From Rebecca billardiae RCC1528 (taxonomy: Eukaryota > Protista > Haptophyta), in NCBI GenBank assembly GCA_965240325.2, contig OZ251251.1, positions 62,001 to 126,000 on the forward strand: 64,000 nucleotides of DNA. Direction: 5' to 3'. A program made the translations under genes and the position numbers. Every line of letters begins with the position of its first letter. Positions within the stretch are counted from its first letter, which is position 1. The notes under the pieces were generated by a model. It saw nothing but the letters and a program-made list of their open reading frames with translations. It made no database searches and was not told the DNA's origin. Positions 55,246-64,000 of the stretch are shown in pieces.

Positions 55246-56670
55246 ATGGCGCCGACGACGCGCGCGCCTACCCAGGCGCGCTCGGCCGCGGCGACCGTCC
55301 GGCTGACCGACGTGCCGCCTGAGCTGATCGCGCGCATCCTCGCCCACCTCGATGACGTGCGCGACCTCGCCGCCGCCAACGCCGCCGCGCGCCTCTTCCG
55401 CGGCGCGCCGCTCGAGCACGCGATGCGCGAGCGCGCGCGCGCGCGCGGGCACGAGGCCGCGCTGCCGGCGGCCCTGCCCGCGGGCGTGTCCACGTGGGCG
55501 GAGGAGCTGTTCGCGCGCGAGCGCATCTCCGATCTAGCGCACGCGCACGCGCACGTCGCGTCCGCCAGCCCAACCTTCGGTATGCGCTTCTCCGCCTTTG
55601 TTGACGGTGCCGGCAGCGTGCACACATGCGGCGCACCGATGGGCCATCCCGAGCTCAGCATGGGTACGGACGTGCTCGTGCCGACGCGCGTAGGCTCGCT
55701 GGAGGCGGTGCGCGTGCGAGCAGTGGCTGCCGGCCATTCCCACCTGCTCGCGCTGAGCGAGGCGGGCGCCGTGTACGCGTGCGGCGGCAACGACGACGGC
55801 CAGCTGGGCGTGTGCGACAAGGCTGAGCGACGGGCGTTCGTGCAGTTGGCGGCGCTGGGCGCGGCGCTCATCGTCGGCATACGCGCTGGCGGTGGCCATA
55901 GCCTCGCGCTCACGGCTGCGGGTGCGGCGTACAGCTGGGGTAGCAACTGCTGTGGCCAGCTCGGCCACGGTGACACGAAGGACCGGCTGGAGCCGACGCG
56001 CATCGAGGCGCTGGACGGCGTGCGCGTGGGCGGCGTGGCCTCTGGGCACCAGCACACGCTGCTGCTGGCTGCACGCGGTGGGGTGTACTCGTGCGGGAAG
56101 CCCTATGGCGGCCGCCTTGGCCACGGTGACGAGCAGCGGCAGCGCACGCCGAGGCGCATCGAGGCGCTCGGTGGCGTGCGCGCCGTGCACGTGAGCGCGG
56201 GCCATGAGCACAGCCTGGTCGTGGACGCGGCGGGCGGCGTGCACTCCTTCGGAAATGGTGACGCTGGTGCGCTCGGCCACGGTGACATGGCCAATCGCTT
56301 GGTGCCCACGCGCATCGAGGCACTGGGCGGCATGCGTGCCGTGCGCGCCAGCGCTGGCTATCTCTCCAGCGCGGTGGTGTGCGCTGACGGCAGCGTGCAC
56401 ACGTTTGGGTACAACTACTACGGCCAGCTGGGGCTGGGGGACACAGCGGATCGTGCGCTGCCTGAGCGGGTGGAGGGCCTCGCGCATGCGCGCGTGCTCG
56501 ACTGCTCGATTGGCCAAGCTCACGCCGTCTACGTCACAGTGGATGGCAGCGTGCACGCATGCGGCAGACATTCGGGCGCGCTCGGCCTGGGAGTGGGCAA
56601 CGATGGCGGAGAGCAGCCAATGCCGCAGTGCGTGGTGCAGCTGCCGCCCCTGCGCTGTGGGCTGCGTTGA
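55246..56670 (+). CDS. F-box-like + 7x RCC1-repeat protein, copy 11 (474 aa)
   Basis: Same architecture. Confidence 0.9.
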   Translation: MAPTTRAPTQARSAAATVRLTDVPPELIARILAHLDDVRDLAAANAAARLFRGAPLEHAMRERARARGHEAALPAALPAGVSTWAEELFARERISDLAHAHAHVASASPTFGMRFSAFVDGAGSVHTCGAPMGHPELSMGTDVLVPTRVGSLEAVRVRAVAAGHSHLLALSEAGAVYACGGNDDGQLGVCDKAERRAFVQLAALGAALIVGIRAGGGHSLALTAAGAAYSWGSNCCGQLGHGDTKDRLEPTRIEALDGVRVGGVASGHQHTLLLAARGGVYSCGKPYGGRLGHGDEQRQRTPRRIEALGGVRAVHVSAGHEHSLVVDAAGGVHSFGNGDAGALGHGDMANRLVPTRIEALGGMRAVRASAGYLSSAVVCADGSVHTFGYNYYGQLGLGDTADRALPERVEGLAHARVLDCSIGQAHAVYVTVDGSVHACGRHSGALGLGVGNDGGEQPMPQCVVQLPPLRCGLR

Positions 56671-56964
56671 GCGACCGGCCAGTGGCGGGTGCGGTGCTCA
56701 TTTGCAGCCTTGTGAGTGCGGCGTGCACACGGGCCGCGCATGCAGCCTCGCGTGCCAGCACTGCGGTGCTGAGCAGCCCGGCGCTCGAGCTCGCGCTGCG
56801 CGTGCGTGGCGTGGTGAATAAGGTGATGCGCCGGCGATCGAATGCCAATGGCCCGATCCGAAGGCGCGATGACATTGTATCAGGATAGGGGGGCGGCACT
56901 CATCGTCGAGAGTGAGACGATTGAGCATCTGATGGATGGATGCGCACAGTGCCATTGAGCAGCA

Positions 56965-57874
56965 GGCCTGTTTTATTTCTACGAGAGCCCAACGGCGACA
57001 TTCGCCAAAACCGGGTAAAATGGCGGCTTGCCCGCTGGTGGTGGGTGCCGGCGCGATTGCGGAGTAGGGATGGCACGTCGTTGGCGCATGTTCGTACTAG
57101 GGCGCTGAGCTGTAGCGAAAGGTGTTGCCAAGGCATGCTGCTTAGCCTTGCCATGGTGCTTCGCCATGACACAGAGGTCACTCGCAGCGCACGGCGGTGT
57201 GACGATCGCCGCGCCGCGGCGGCAAACCGCAGTTGCGGGCGCGCTGCGAGCTGCAAGCACTCTGCCTTGGCTGCGTCGCGCCCGTGTCAGTTGCTGAACC
57301 AGCATTGTTGAACAACCGATGGGCTGCAAACGATACCAGCTACACTCGCTCCGCCGCCACTTCCTTGTCGAGCGTGAGATGCTTCCGTTGCGTGCGCTCG
57401 CATGCAGCTTGCCGCCTGCATTTGAACGTGGTCACGGCAGGTTGGTGGGCTGGTTGCTCAGGCCTCCTCGGCGTAGATGACGACAGGGTGCGTGCCACGC
57501 GCACCCATGACGCGGGAAAGGCGTGCACACGCGTCCTCGCGCATCTGGCAGGCTGCAGTCTTGGCCAAGATGATGCCAGAACAAGCCTGCCAGTGCCTCG
57601 CCGCGCGGGTGCGAGCGCGCAGAGAGATCTGGCTTCTGACCCGTGCTCTTCAGTGTACCTCGTGTGCGACGACGACGAGGCGGACGAGCGCCGCAACTGG
57701 ATTCCTGCACTCACCGGTCACCGAGGAGTGCAGGAATCGCATTCCTCGCGCACGCCGGGGCCGCCATCGGCCGTGAGAGGTACACTGAACGGGGCGTGAC
57801 ACCGATTCCCACTGGCGGGCACGGGTTTGTCGCCGTGACATAGTAAATGGAATCTGGTAGAAATAAAACAGGCC
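56965..57874. mobile_element. 910-bp non-autonomous TIR element (MITE)
   Basis: Perfect 18-bp TIR GGCCTGTTTTATTTCTAC, flanked by AGCA on both sides. The empty site cattgagcagcagctg is seen in paralogous spacers. No transposase ORF recognised. Confidence 0.88.
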
Positions 57875-58138
57875 AGCAGCTGCGCGCGTGGGTTCCGCGC
57901 GCACACCGTGCTGACGCACTAGCTATCTGTCGTACATTCTACAAGTACGGCAATACGACTGTACACGTTGTACACTGAGGTCGTTCAGATACTGATGAGT
58001 CTGTAAGGCAGTCGTAAGCTAGTACTGTATGCCGACTGTATGGGGGTACAGTAATGTCGTCCTCCCAGTCGGCTGAGACTGAGTTCGGGAAGTCGGCCAA
58101 CCGTCGTCGTCGAGCGACTCGGCCGGCGCGGGCAACAG

Positions 58139-59563
58139 ATGGCACCGACGACGCGCGCGCCTACCCAGGCGCGCCCAGCAGCGGCGACCGTGCGGCTGAC
58201 CGACGTGCCGCCCGAGCTGATCGCGCGCATTCTCGCCCACCTCGATGACGTGCGCGACCTCGCCGCCGCCAACGCCGCCGCGCGCCTCTTCCGCGGCGCG
58301 CCGCTCGAGCACGCGCTGCGCGAGCGCGCGCGCGCGCGCGGGCACGAGGCCGCGCTGCCGGCGGCCCTGCCCGCGGGCGTGTCCACGTGGGCGGAGGAGC
58401 TCTTCGCGCGTGAGCGCATACTGAAGCTCGCGCACGCGCACGCGCACGTCGCGTCCGCCAGCCCACACCCCTTGGAGAGATTGTCCGCCTTTGTCGACGG
58501 TGCCGGCGGCGTGCACACGTGCGGCACGCGGCTGGGCCATCCCGAGCTCAGCATGGGTACGGACGTGCTCGTGCCGACGCGCGTGAGCTCGCTTGTGTCG
58601 GTGCGCGTGCGGGCCGTTGCGGCGGGCGGATGGCACCTGCTCGCGCTGAGCGAGGCGGGCGCCGTGTACGCGTGCGGCGACAACGGCTGCGGCCAGCTGG
58701 GCGTGGGCGACAAGGCTGAGCGACGGGCGTTCGTGCAGGTGGCGGCGCTGGGTCCGGAGCTCGTCGTCAGCATCGCGGCTGGCTTTCGCCATAGCCTCGC
58801 GCTGACGGCTGCCGGCGCGGCATACAGCTGGGGTGACAACGGCCACGGCCAGCTCGGCCACGGCGACACGGAGCACCGGCTGGAGCCGACGCGCATCGAG
58901 GCGCTGGACGGCGTGCGCGTGGGCGGCGTGGCCGCGGGCGGCGGCCACACGCTGCTGCTCTCGGCGTGCGGCGCCGTGCACTCGTGCGGCGACGGCATGT
59001 ACGGTCGCCTTGGCCACGGCGACGAGCAGGAGCGGCACACGCCGCTGCGCATCGAGGCGCTATCAGAAGTGCGTGCCGTGCACGTGAGCGCGGGCTCACG
59101 GCACAGCCTGGTGGTGGACGCAGCGGGTGGCGTGCACTCCTTCGGAGACGGTGGCCGTGGCGCGCTCGGCCATGGTGACGACGCGCATGGCTTGGTGCTC
59201 ACGCGCATCGAGGCACTGGGTGGCATGCGTGCCGTGCGCGCCAGCGCGGGCGTTCTCAGCAGCGCTGTGGTGTGCGCGGACGGCAGCGTGCACACGTTTG
59301 GGTCCAACCGCTTTGGCCAGCTGGGGCTGGGGGGCACAGTGTATCGCACGCTGCCCGAGCGGGTGGAGGGCCTCGCGCACGCGCGCGTGCTCGACTGCTC
59401 ACTTGGCGGTCGCCACACCCTCTACGTCACAGCGGACGACGGCGTGCACGCGTGCGGCGAGCGTTCGGGCGCGCTCGGGCTGGGCGTGGGCTACGGTGGC
59501 GGAGAGCAGCCGACGCCGCAGCGCGTGGCGCAGCTGCCGCCCCTGCGCTGTGGGCTGCGCTGA
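58139..59563 (+). CDS. F-box-like + 7x RCC1-repeat protein, copy 12 (474 aa)
   Basis: Same architecture. Confidence 0.9.
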   Translation: MAPTTRAPTQARPAAATVRLTDVPPELIARILAHLDDVRDLAAANAAARLFRGAPLEHALRERARARGHEAALPAALPAGVSTWAEELFARERILKLAHAHAHVASASPHPLERLSAFVDGAGGVHTCGTRLGHPELSMGTDVLVPTRVSSLVSVRVRAVAAGGWHLLALSEAGAVYACGDNGCGQLGVGDKAERRAFVQVAALGPELVVSIAAGFRHSLALTAAGAAYSWGDNGHGQLGHGDTEHRLEPTRIEALDGVRVGGVAAGGGHTLLLSACGAVHSCGDGMYGRLGHGDEQERHTPLRIEALSEVRAVHVSAGSRHSLVVDAAGGVHSFGDGGRGALGHGDDAHGLVLTRIEALGGMRAVRASAGVLSSAVVCADGSVHTFGSNRFGQLGLGGTVYRTLPERVEGLAHARVLDCSLGGRHTLYVTADDGVHACGERSGALGLGVGYGGGEQPTPQRVAQLPPLRCGLR

Positions 59564-60050
59564 GCGGCCGGCTTGTGGCGGGTGCGGTGCTCATTTGCAG
59601 CCTTGTGAGTGCGGCGTGCACACGCGCCGCGCATGCAGCCTCGCGTGCCAGCACTGCGGTGCTGAGCAGCCGACGGCGCTCGAGCTCGCACTGCGCGTGC
59701 GTGGCGTGGTGATGCGCCGGCGATCGAATGGCCCAATCCGGAGGCTCGCGATGGCATTGTAGGGGGGCGGCACTCGTCATCGAGAGTGAGACGATTGAGC
59801 ATCTGGATGGATGCGCACAGTGCCATTGAGCAGCAGCTGCGCGCGTGGGTTCCGCGCGCACACCGTGCTGACGCACTGCAGACTCTATCTGTCGTACATT
59901 CTACATCAATAAGTATACGGCACTACGACTGTACACGTTCAGATACGGCGGACGTACGGCGGATGAGTCTGTCGTGTCCTCCCAGTACCTAAGTACCTAA
60001 GTTCGGGAAGTCGGCAACCGTCGTCGTGTCGGCCGGCGTGGGCAACAAGC

Positions 60051-61478
60051 ATGGCGCCGACGACGCGCGCGCCTACCCAGGCGCGCTCGGCCGCGGCGAC
60101 CGTGCGGCTGACCGGCGTGCCGCCCGAGCTGATCGCGCGCATTCTCGCTCACCTCGATGACGTGCGCGACCTCGCCGCCGCCAACGCCGCCGCTCGCCTC
60201 TTCCGCGGCGCGCCGCTCGAGCACGCGCTGCGCGAGCGCGCGCGCGCGCGCGGGCACGAGGCCGCGCTGCCGGCGGCCCTGCCCGCGGGCGTGTCCACGT
60301 GGGCAGAGGAGCTGTTCGCGCGCGAGCGCATCTCCGATCTAGCGCACGCGCACGCGCACGTCGCGTCCGCCAGCCCAACCTTAGGTATGCGCTTCTCCGC
60401 CTTTGTTGACGGTGCCGGCAGCGTGCACACATGCGGCGCACCGCTGGGCCATCCCGAGCTCAGCATGGAGACAGCCGTGCTCGTGCCGACGCGCGTGAGC
60501 TCGCTGGCGGCGGTGCGCTTGCGAGCAGTGGCTGCCGGCAGCTTCCACCTGCTCGCGCTGGGCGAGGCGGGCGCCGTGTACGCGTGCGGCTTCAACGAGT
60601 ACGGCCAGCTTGGCGTGGGCGGCAAGGCTGAGCGACGGGCGTTCGTGCAGGTGGCAGCGCTGGGCGCACAGCTCGTCGTCGGCATCAGCGCGGGTGATCG
60701 CCATAGCCTCGTGCTGGCGGCTGCGGGTGCGGCGTACAGCTGGGGCGACAACCGCTTAGGCCAGCTCGGCCACGGCGACACTGAGCGCCGGCGGGAGCCG
60801 ACGCGCATCGAGGCGCTGGACGGCGTGCGCGTGGGCGGCGTGGCCGCGGGCAGTAGGCACACGCTGCTGCTCACGGCGTGCGGCGCCGTGTACTCGTGCG
60901 GCAACGGCTTGTACAGCCGCCTTGGCCACGGTGACGAGCAGGAGCAGCGCACGCCGAGGCGCATCGAGGCGCTGGACGGCGTGCGCGCCGTGCACGTGAG
61001 CGCGAGCGCGCCTCACAGCCTGGTGGTGGACACAGCGGGCGGCGTGCACTCCTTCGGGGGCGGTCACGGTGGCGCGCTCGGCCACGTTGGCGTGTCCAAT
61101 CGCTTGGTGCCCACACGCATCGAAGCACTGGACGGCATGCGTGTCGTGCGCGCCAGCGCTGGCTATCTCTCCAGCGCGGTGGTGTGTGCTGACGGCAGCG
61201 TGCACACGCTTGGGTACAACGGCTACGGCCAGCTGGGGCTGGGGGACACAGTGGATCGCACGCTGCTGCCCGAGCGGGTGGAGGGCCTCGCGCATGCGCG
61301 CGTGCTCGACTGCTCGCTTGGCCTCCCCCACGCCCTCTACGTCACAGCGGACGGCGGCGTGCACGCGTGTGGCTTACATTCGGGCGCGCTCGGCCTGGGC
61401 GTGGGCGACGATGGCGGAGAGCAGCCAACGCCGCAGCGCGTGGCGCAGCTGCCGCCCCTGCGCTGTGGGCTGCGCTGA
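60051..61478 (+). CDS. F-box-like + 7x RCC1-repeat protein, copy 13 (475 aa)
   Basis: Same architecture. Confidence 0.9.
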   Translation: MAPTTRAPTQARSAAATVRLTGVPPELIARILAHLDDVRDLAAANAAARLFRGAPLEHALRERARARGHEAALPAALPAGVSTWAEELFARERISDLAHAHAHVASASPTLGMRFSAFVDGAGSVHTCGAPLGHPELSMETAVLVPTRVSSLAAVRLRAVAAGSFHLLALGEAGAVYACGFNEYGQLGVGGKAERRAFVQVAALGAQLVVGISAGDRHSLVLAAAGAAYSWGDNRLGQLGHGDTERRREPTRIEALDGVRVGGVAAGSRHTLLLTACGAVYSCGNGLYSRLGHGDEQEQRTPRRIEALDGVRAVHVSASAPHSLVVDTAGGVHSFGGGHGGALGHVGVSNRLVPTRIEALDGMRVVRASAGYLSSAVVCADGSVHTLGYNGYGQLGLGDTVDRTLLPERVEGLAHARVLDCSLGLPHALYVTADGGVHACGLHSGALGLGVGDDGGEQPTPQRVAQLPPLRCGLR

Positions 61479-61950
61479 GCGTCCGGCCCCGTGGCGGGTG
61501 CGGTGCTCATTTCCAGCCTTGTGAGTGCGGCGTGCACACGGGCCGCGCATGCAGCCTCGCGTGCCAGCACTGTGGTGCTGAGCAGCCCGGCGCTCGAGCT
61601 CGCGCTGCGCGTGCGTGGCGTGGTGATGCGCCGGCGATCGAATGGCCCAATCCGAAGGCGCGATGGCATTGTAGGGGGGCGGCACTCATCGTCGAGAGTG
61701 AGACGATTGAGCATCTGGATGGATGCACACAGTGTCATTGAGCAGCAGCTGCGCGCGTGGGTTCCGCGCGCACACCGTGCTGACACACTAGCTATCTGTC
61801 GTACATTGTACAAGTACGGCAATACGACTGTACACGTTGTACACTGAGGTCGTTCAGATACTGATGAGTCTTTGTCGTCCTCCCAGTCGGCTGAGTTCGG
61901 GAAGTCGGCCAACCGTCGTCGTCGAGCGACTCGGCCCGGGTGGGCAACAG

Positions 61951-63375
61951 ATGGCACCGACGACGCGCGCGCCTACCCAGGCGCGCCCAGCAGCGGCGAC
62001 CGTGCGGCTGACCGACGTGCCGCCCGAGCTGATCGCGCGCATTCTCGCCCACCTCGATGACGTGCGCGACCTCGCCGCCGCCAACGCCGCCGCGCGCCTC
62101 TTCCGCGGCGCGCCGCTCGAGCACGCGCTGCGCGAGCGCGCGCGCGCGCGCGGGCACGAGGCCGCGCTGCCGGCGGCCCTGCCCGCGGGCGTGTCCACGT
62201 GGGCGGAGGAGCTCTTCGCGCGTGAGCGCATACTGAAGCTCGCGCACACGCACGCGCACGTCGCGTCCGCCAGCCCACACCCCTTGGAGAGATTGTCTGC
62301 CTTTGTCGACGGTGCCGGCGGCGTGCACACATGCGGCGCGCGGCTGGGCCATCCCGAGCTCAGCATGGAGACGTACGTGCGCGTGCCTACGCGCGTGAGC
62401 TCGCTGGCGGCGGTGCGCGTGCGAGCAGTGGCTGCCGGCAGCTTCCACCTGCTCGCGCTGAGCGAGGCGGGCGCCGTGTACGCGTGCGGCAGCAACGGCT
62501 ACGGCCAGCTGGGCGTGGGCGACAAGGCTGAGCGACGGGCGTTCGTGCAGGTGGCGGCGCTGGGCGCGGCGCTCGTCGTCGGCATAAGCGCTGGCGGTGG
62601 CCATAGCCTCGCGCTCTCGGCTGCCGGCGCGGCGTACAGCTGGGGCCGCAACTGCGATGGCCAGCTCGGCCACGGCGACACGGAGCACCGGCTGGAGCCG
62701 ACGCGCATCGAGGCGCTGGACGGCGTGCGCGTGGGCGGCGTGGCCACGGGCGGCGACCACACGCTGCTCCTCTCGGCGTGCGGCGCCGTGTACTCGTGCG
62801 GGGCTGCCATTGGTGGTCGCCTTGGCCACGGTGACGAGCAGCGGCAGCGCACGCCGACGCGCATCGAGGCGCTCGCGGGCGTGCGCGCCGTGCACGTGAG
62901 CGCGGGCTCAGGGCACAGCCTGGTGGTGGACGCGGCGGGCGGCGTGCACTCCTTCGGATACAATTATTGTGGTGCGCTCGGCCACGGTGACGATGTGCAT
63001 GTTGTGGTGCCCACGCGCATCGAGGCACTGGGCGGCATGCGTGTCGTGCGCGCCAGCGCGGGCGTTTGCAACAGCGCGGTGGTGTGCGCGGACGGCAGCG
63101 TGCACGCGTTTGGGAGCAACCACTGTAACCTTCTGGGGCTGGGGGACCGAATGGATCGCGCGCTGCCCGAGCGGGTGGAGGGCCTCGCGCATGCGCGCGT
63201 GGTCGACTGCTCGCTTGGCCACGTGCACACCCTCTACGTCACAGCGGACGGCGGCGTGCACGCGTGCGGCACACGTTCGGCCGCGCTCGGCCTGGGCGTG
63301 GGCGACGATGGCGGAGTGCAGACGACGCTTCAGCGCGTGGTGCAGCTGCCGCCCCTGCGCTGTGGGCTGCGCTGA
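61951..63375 (+). CDS. F-box-like + 7x RCC1-repeat protein, copy 14 (474 aa)
   Basis: Same architecture; blades 4-7 almost identical to copy 9. Confidence 0.9.
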   Translation: MAPTTRAPTQARPAAATVRLTDVPPELIARILAHLDDVRDLAAANAAARLFRGAPLEHALRERARARGHEAALPAALPAGVSTWAEELFARERILKLAHTHAHVASASPHPLERLSAFVDGAGGVHTCGARLGHPELSMETYVRVPTRVSSLAAVRVRAVAAGSFHLLALSEAGAVYACGSNGYGQLGVGDKAERRAFVQVAALGAALVVGISAGGGHSLALSAAGAAYSWGRNCDGQLGHGDTEHRLEPTRIEALDGVRVGGVATGGDHTLLLSACGAVYSCGAAIGGRLGHGDEQRQRTPTRIEALAGVRAVHVSAGSGHSLVVDAAGGVHSFGYNYCGALGHGDDVHVVVPTRIEALGGMRVVRASAGVCNSAVVCADGSVHAFGSNHCNLLGLGDRMDRALPERVEGLAHARVVDCSLGHVHTLYVTADGGVHACGTRSAALGLGVGDDGGVQTTLQRVVQLPPLRCGLR

Positions 63376-63900
63376 GCGGCCGGCTCGTGGTGGGTGCGGT
63401 GCTCATCTGCAGCCTTGTGAGTGCGGCGTGCACACGCGCCGCGCATGCAGCCTCGCGTGCCAGCACTGCGGTGCTGAGCAGCCCGGCGCTCGAGCTCGCG
63501 CTGCGCGTGCGTGGCGTGGTGATGCGCCGGCGATCGAATGGCCCAATCCGAAGGCGCGATGGCATTGTAGGGGGGCGGCACTCATCATCGAGAGTGAGAC
63601 GATTGAGCATCTGAGATCATCTGGATGCATGGATGCGCACAGTGCCATTGAGCAGCAGCTGCTCGCGTGGGTTCCGCGCGCACACCGTGCTGACGCACGA
63701 GCTATCTGTCGTACATTCTGCAAGTACGGCAATACGACTGTACACGTTGTACACTGAGGTCGTTCAGATACTGATGAGTCTGTAAGGCAGTCGTAAGCTA
63801 GTACTGTATGCCGATTGTATGGGGGTAATGTCGTCCTCCCAGTCGCCTGAGTTCGGGCCAACCGTCGTCGTCCAGCGACTCGGCCCGGCGTGGGCAACAG

Positions 63901-64000
63901 ATGGCACCGACGACGCGCTCGCGTACCAAGGCGCGCTCGGCAGCGGCGGCCGTCCGGCTGACCGACGTGCCGCCCGAGCTGATCGCGCGCATCCTCGTCC
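63901..64000 (+). CDS. F-box-like + RCC1 protein, copy 15 (5' part; runs off the window)
   Basis: MAPTTRSRTKARSAAAAVRLTDVPPELIARILV follows a standard spacer. Confidence 0.85.
   Translation, partial: MAPTTRSRTKARSAAAAVRLTDVPPELIARILV

Noticed and set aside
5105-63375. Diversity-generating retroelement as the source of loop variation
   Set aside because: No reverse transcriptase or template repeat in the window; the AAC Asn codons of G-x-N-x-x-G in blades 2, 3 and 6 are conserved, contrary to adenine-directed mutagenesis.
63358-63375. C-terminal CGLR as a CaaX prenylation signal
   Set aside because: A terminal Arg is atypical for CaaX, and copies 3 and 5 lack the motif.

Overview
Very GC-rich, intron-containing eukaryotic DNA. 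A nuclear petC with a signal-plus-transit-type presequence and TTAGGG repeats point to an alga with a complex plastid (haptophyte-like; inference). The window is dominated by 14 complete and 1 partial intronless paralogues, each encoding an N-terminal F-box-like motif and a seven-bladed RCC1-type beta-propeller (about 469-487 aa). They lie in two tandem arrays pointing away from a single-copy core at about 35.8-48.8 kb, which holds a Claspin/Mrc1-like gene, a coiled-coil gene and petC. The paralogues share a nearly invariant scaffold but are hypervariable at the same 2-4 loop residues of every blade, and they are mosaics of each other. This suggests a diversifying repertoire of SCF substrate receptors. 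Three transposons sit in the array spacers. (1) A 4.6-kb non-coding element with split direct repeats and no target-site duplication (TSD), resembling Ngaro/PAT/TOC1. (2) A 17.7-kb Mutator-like element (MULE) with about 470-bp terminal inverted repeats (TIRs) and a 9-bp TSD; its giant transposase gene also carries 2OG-Fe(II) oxygenase-like, SWIM, PHD, HhH and two OTU-like domains, and it faces a convergent second gene. (3) A 910-bp MITE. All domain calls are by-eye motif recognition; no database search was run.
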